A model generated the notes under the pieces. The model did no database searches, had not been told where the DNA came from, and saw nothing but the letters and a program-made list of their open reading frames with translations. A stretch of 62,039 nucleotides of DNA, counting the filler, from Stramenopiles sp. TOSAG23-2 (lineage: Eukaryota): NCBI GenBank assembly GCA_900128395.1. It is 23 parts of 23 records of this genome, joined end to end, with 100 filler letters (N's around TTAATTAATTAA, not from the genome) between each part and the next. Parts side by side here need not be neighbours in the genome. Positions count along the whole stretch, not along the records: positions 56,461 to 59,200 come from LT651551.1; positions 59,301 to 62,039 come from LT651552.1; 21 more parts are not named here. One strand, 5' to 3'. Positions within the stretch are counted from its first letter, which is position 1. Each line of letters opens with the position of its first letter. Shown here piece after piece: positions 56,961-62,039 of this stretch. A program made the position numbers and the translations under genes.

Positions 56961-58497
56961 GTGAATGAAGAAAAAAAGAGAAGAAAATTTCAACGTCATG
57001 CTTTTTGTGTCATGTGCCCAATCAAAATCCTATAATACCTTAACCTTTTGCTCCCTTTATTACAGTATGCACGTATCAGGGCACAAGTGGAAATACATAT
57101 ACAGAGTGTACTGTACTATTTATATGAGTCTATGTAATAATTGCATAATTGTATTATACCACCTACTGTAGGGTATGCTGGTATTATATGCCAGGTATGC
57201 CAGTATTGTGTATGGATGATATGGACATATGTAATATATATAACTACTATGCATGCATCATATATTCTTTTGCAAATAACTTACATAAGAAATAAAATAC
57301 AAAACAAAAGTCTATGCGCATATTACTGTAATTGCTTTCTCTATAGATAATGTTTTTAAATACAAATAATATAGTTTATCCTTAAATTGAAATAAATGTC
57401 TCGACAAAACACTTAAAGACTGAAACACTTAAGGGGCAATACCGTTTTTTTTTAATTTTGGATCCAAGGGGATACAAATAGTAGTGTCCAAGTACTGTTT
57501 TTATATGCCCTTCATTTAGTCATTGTGCCACCTGTTAAAGTTGACACCAACGGTGTTTTTGAGTTTTTGACCGAATTTTGATATGATTTTTTGCCATATT
57601 AAGCACACGTTTTGGTACTCTTTTCCTCATCGCGCGAACACCATTCTTATTTTTTTAGGTTTTTATGAGAGAGATTACAAAATTAAAAGTTTTAAAAAAA
57701 TTAAAAAACCAAATTTAATACGGTAGAATATCATAATAAAAATATATCTCCAGTCGTGTGTATTATTATCACGCTCGGTATGAGGTCCACTCTTCTATAT
57801 CCGAAGTTATTTCAAGATGTTTCTTCTTCTTCTTATCTATATTTATTCCCCCTCCGACTATCGATTGTGCCATTGGCGAAGAATTAGTAATTTGTCGCAG
57901 TTCTTCATCTGCATTTTTATTGTAATTGTTATCTTCTCCTTTTCTCCTATGATAAAAATCTGATTTTATTGAAATATTTGCCGATAATATGGTATTTTTC
58001 TAATGTGCACATCATATATTTATATACTCGTATGTATTATTAATACGCGTACACATGTGCATGTGATGTGTGTGAGTTTTTATATGTTGATATATATATA
58101 TTTTTTTTGATTTTTTATAAACAAAGCACTATGCAGAGCGAGAAAGAAGAAGTCATCAGCAGAAGTCAACATTATTCATACTCCTCCCGTTTCCTCAACA
58201 GATAAAAATAGTAGCTCTATTAGCTCTATAGCTACCAAGCGGGCAAGGTATAATATTTTAATGATAATTCAATGGTAATTCTTTATAGGTACAAAATACG
58301 ACAGGATTTCAAATACAATTTAGAAATACGAAGTCGTATAATATACTAATACGATTTTAATTAAAAATACGAAGTAATAATAATACGAATATGTGAGGAG
58401 CATGATGATTCGTAAAAAATGCGTCAGTATAGTTGCTATAAAAAAAAATTATTAACACAACAATCTCTCTCTGCCTCTCTATATTTTCTTCCGTTGT

Positions 58498-59138
58498 TTA
58501 ATAATCTTCAAAATCTTCATCTGATCTATCTGCATCTGTATTTCCACCATCATCTGTATCAAAATCTTCTTCATCGCCTCTTGTATCACTATGTTCCTCA
58601 TCTTCAATTAAATTATCCTCCTCCTCCTCATCATCATCATCGCCAGTATCATTTGTCCAATTGCTTCCAGTACCAGTATCGCTTGAGCCATCTGAATAAT
58701 CTTTTTCCTCATCATTAAAATCATCCGTATCATCATTTTTCTCTGATATTTCATCATCTTCATCAAATCCAACATCTTTTGTACCTCCCATGACACCTCC
58801 AGATTCCATCACGCCCTTGGATTCATCATATTCACTTTTTTTAACCTCTACGGAATTGTACCTACTATTTTGGAGCGTGTTGCTAATATTTACATTTCCA
58901 ACATCACCATCCACCTCATCTCCACGATCAATATCAATCAATATTTCTAACTTCAACATGGATAATTGTATATGATCGCTTTCCATATTTTCATCGGAGA
59001 TTGAATTGTAATCAGTGTAGGAAAAAACTAATAAGGAATGATCGAATGCAAGTGCAGTGCCTAGGTAACTTTTTGTATGTAAATTTGCATTTGTCAAGAC
59101 AGGATTGGTCCATGTATTTGAATTCACATCATATATGT
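58498..59138 (-). CDS. 3' fragment: kelch-like strand (IYDVNSNTWT) + acidic tail
   Basis: Open frame with a D/E-rich C-terminus. The 5' side abuts an inverted copy of its own 3' region. Confidence 0.55.
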
Positions 59139-59503
59139 AAATATCAGAGAAAAATGATGATACGGATGATTTTAATTTTGAGGAAAAAGATTATTTAGAT
59201 NNNNNNNNNNNNNNNNNNNNNNNNNNNNNNNNNNNNNNNNNNNNTTAATTAATTAANNNNNNNNNNNNNNNNNNNNNNNNNNNNNNNNNNNNNNNNNNNN
59301 ATTTAAAAAATCGGAAATTTTTTATATTTTACGATTTTTTAATAAAATGGTGTTTATCATCTTATTGCAACATTTTCATCGGTTACACCCATCGATTAAA
59401 TATTTATTAATTATTTATTAATTATTTAATTATATATATAAAAAACAAACATACATATAAAACAAACTAAAAAATATTAGAAAAAATTATAATAACAAAA
59501 ACA

Positions 59504-60682
59504 ATGAGCCAAAACTTAGATAATGCCGATACTGTTCTCACTATCGTTCCCGCTGCTGCAGCGGTGACTGGTGCTGCTTTAACAAAAGTAGTTCCGAAAA
59601 GTGTAAAAGAAAAAATACGTAAAAAAGAGGACTCCATGAAAGCTTGTTGGACGGGTTTTCAGAAAACGCATCCCAAAACGTTTTTCATAGTGGATATAAT
59701 AATGGCGTTGTTAAATTCAGCATTGTATTTTGCTGATATTTATACTGATGTAATGCTACTCATTGCGTTTTATGTTTATGAATGGTATTATTGTGCGGTA
59801 TGGTCTTTATGTTTTCTGGTTATTCCCTATGTGCTTGCTATGGTAGGTATTTATCTTGCGTTACGAAAGATAGAACCAGACGATGACTGGTGTTGTTGTA
59901 TTGACTACAGAAATATGTGGAAATACAAACTTGTTTTAATTATCTTCTCCCCGATTTTGCCGTTGTGCTTTGACGTGCTGATGCCGTTCTATCGCCTAAT
60001 GGGTCGGTGCTTACCCGACGAGTTAATAAACTTTATGGCTCAATACGAGGCAACCAGGACGTTGAGTGAAACGTTGATGGAAAGTGTGCCGCAGCTTGGT
60101 GTTCAAGTGTATATGGTAGTATGGTGTCGAAACAATACGTGTAATTTTGAAGAAGACGGAGATGGAGAGCTGATTCAAGCATTTACGGTCTCCATTGTGA
60201 GCATCATTTACCGCGTTGTTGCTTCGTGGATAGAAATGAAAGCTGATGATTTATCGTTATGTGGATACATTGAGCAGTTGGTAAAAATGGGTGATGGAAT
60301 GCCTATTGCTTCTATTAAAAACAATGTAGCAAAAGAAGTCAAAATAGAATTTGAATTGTCGTTGGCACAAGTACGATTGTTGGTGAATGCATTGGAACAT
60401 AATACTTCCATAAAAGTGTTGTGGTTACGTCAAGCTAAAATTGATGATGAAAAAATAGAACTATTGGCTCCTGCTCTGGCGAAAATGAAAGGGTTGAAAG
60501 GGCTTTATTTGTATAATAATAACATCGGTGAGGAAGGTTGCCGTCATTTGGCTCCTGCTCTGGCGGAAATGAAAGGGTTGAAAAAGCTTGATTTGAGTAA
60601 TAATAACATCGGTGAGGAAGGGAAAACGGTAATGCGAGAAGCACGGGAGAAGGCTGGTAAAAAATTTTATTTAATATTTTAA
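59504..60682 (+). CDS. XK-related (Xkr) multi-TM domain fused to C-terminal 28-aa LRRs
   Basis: LYFADIYTDVML..Y..WSLCFLVIP, SETLMESVPQLGVQVY and FTVSIVSI match XK hallmarks. Then LKGLYLYNNNIGEEGCRHLAPALAEMKG repeats. Confidence 0.85.
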   Translation: MSQNLDNADTVLTIVPAAAAVTGAALTKVVPKSVKEKIRKKEDSMKACWTGFQKTHPKTFFIVDIIMALLNSALYFADIYTDVMLLIAFYVYEWYYCAVWSLCFLVIPYVLAMVGIYLALRKIEPDDDWCCCIDYRNMWKYKLVLIIFSPILPLCFDVLMPFYRLMGRCLPDELINFMAQYEATRTLSETLMESVPQLGVQVYMVVWCRNNTCNFEEDGDGELIQAFTVSIVSIIYRVVASWIEMKADDLSLCGYIEQLVKMGDGMPIASIKNNVAKEVKIEFELSLAQVRLLVNALEHNTSIKVLWLRQAKIDDEKIELLAPALAKMKGLKGLYLYNNNIGEEGCRHLAPALAEMKGLKKLDLSNNNIGEEGKTVMREAREKAGKKFYLIF

Positions 60683-60694
60683 TTGTTAAATTAT

Positions 60695-61071
60695 TAAATT
60701 TCCGCCGCGAAATATGGTGTGAGATTCGTTTTGATTTGAAGCAACGTCTGACCACAAATGGTGCGACTTTCACATACTACCATTTAAAAAATTTAAAAAT
60801 ATTAATAAAAAAAAAAAAATTTATCGTCACAAAATTAAAAAAAAATAAAAAATGAGAGCATAAAAAATATTTTAAAAATTAAAAAATTTTTTGTGACCAT
60901 AATAAGACCATAACGTAAAATTATTTTTTTTGTTGAAAATGACATTTTCGTTATGGTCACAAACTATTTAAGAAGTTAATGATTTTGTTACCACTTATGC
61001 TGTGAAAATGAAAAAAGTAGAAAATGTGAGAATTTTGTTTTGTTGATGCTTTTTTACACGGCGGAAATGTA
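60695..61071. mobile_element. Possible small non-autonomous element with imperfect 18-bp TIRs
   Basis: TAAATTTCCGCCGCGAAA (60695) versus TTACACGGCGGAAATGTA (61054-61071). Internal inverted GTGACCATAA / TTATGGTCAC. Confidence 0.4.
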
Positions 61072-61759
61072 AAAATGAGAGCATCAATGGTGTGTAGTGC
61101 TAATGGCACTAAAACACTAAATTTTTCGCCGTAGAATGAGGGGTAAAATAGAGTTTATTTTAGGGTTTTAGAGTTAATTTTCATAAAATAAAATTTATTA
61201 GCACGCTAATAGCAGTAAAAAGTGAAAAATAATTTAAGGTTTAATTTCTGTTACTAATGTGGTATATTACTACTACCACCACTTAGTATGGCCTGCAACA
61301 TTTGATATAAATACAATAACTGCACCTTCATCTAGTAATAATAATAATAATAATCAACGTTGTGTATAAAATAAAAGCTAAAAAAGGGTGCGACGGACTA
61401 GGGGTACATGCTATTGCATATTATCCAATGCTGTGTACAATGCTGTGTAGTGTTAATGGTTATAGTTTTGGTATTCCGTTTTTGTTGTTTATTTAAAACC
61501 ACATTATAGGATTTTATTTGTAAAAAATCGACGCAATACCATCATTCTTATTAGTGCTAATTGGACGATACATATTACGTATATTTTTTCAATAGTGTGT
61601 CAAAACGATCTAAATTTTACAATATATATTTTTATACTTATTGATATTACTTTAATAATGTTTAACCCTTAATATTAATTTACTTTATGCCTTATATGAT
61701 AGGAACTTAGGATATATTTTGTACTTAAAGTTAAGTGTTAGTTGAAAAAACCATTTTCT

Positions 61760-61905
61760 TATTGTGTCCAGTCAACTGGACACAATAGCAACGATATTGG
61801 AGTATCGAAAATATTGCAATGCTATGCCATGCTAGCCCAATTCGAAGATCTGGACTATTGTGTCCAGTTAACTGGACACAATAAGCAAAAAACTGGACAC
61901 AATAG
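61760..61905. repeat. Two 28-bp palindromes plus a half site
   Basis: TATTGTGTCCAGT-CA-ACTGGACACAATA (61760-61787), perfect TATTGTGTCCAGTTAACTGGACACAATA (61856-61883), and AACTGGACACAATA (61891). Confidence 0.92.
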
Positions 61906-62039
61906 TGGTGGAATCAAATATATACAAATAATTTTAACATTTTTTATTTTGAGCGCCTGAATTTCTCAAAAACTTTTAAAAATTAAAATAAAATTGGCAA
62001 AAATATTCATGTTTGAGGTGTTATAGAATTGTAGTATAA

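Larger units (their letters stand above)
2775..59300. other. 22 artificial 100-bp contig spacers (N44-TTAATTAATTAA-N44)
   Basis: Identical spacers start at 2775, 5648, 8516, 11381, 14246, 17107, 19965, 22821, 25677, 28531, 31384, 34235, 37084, 39933, 42781, 43881, 44981, 47828, 50673, 53518, 56361 and 59201. The 12-mer gives stops in all six frames. Confidence 0.99.

Noticed and set aside
57428-57720. TTAAGGGG-starting stretch resembling a DNA-transposon end
   Set aside because: No matching inverted end, TSD or transposase in the contig.
1-62039. Operon-like or defence-island interpretation of gene order
   Set aside because: Contigs are ordered by length, so adjacency across spacers carries no information.

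Overview
This is not one continuous locus. It is 23 short contigs, mostly 2,739-2,774 bp in descending length order plus two of exactly 1,000 bp, joined by 22 artificial 100-bp spacers (44 N + TTAATTAATTAA + 44 N). Gene neighbourhood therefore means nothing across a spacer. The DNA is from an AT-rich, intron-poor eukaryote with poly-Asn tracts. It has one clear GT-AG intron, and SGF29-, RTRAF-, DENND6-, JMJD6-, PIH1/kintoun- and TTLL-like genes suggest a flagellated protist (a stramenopile single-cell or metagenome assembly is plausible but unproven). No rRNA, tRNA or CRISPR array was recognised. Most interesting items: (1) two membrane-anchored LRR genes share one 28-aa LRR module but have different membrane domains; one is an XK/Xkr-scramblase-LRR fusion, the other has 84-bp DNA repeats that vary almost only at ligand-facing codons; (2) an OPR/HPR-type repeat array is fused to a family-16 methyltransferase; (3) the right end of a CACTA/EnSpm transposon is present with transposase, phased subterminal repeats and a TAGTG terminus; (4) an internal, insertion-split MIF/tautomerase-like domain; (5) a multi-PH protein built from near-identical 672-bp units. 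Homopolymer frameshifts, exact 114-165 bp tandem duplications and fold-back junctions recur and are probably technical. All family calls come from motif recognition by eye; no searches were run.
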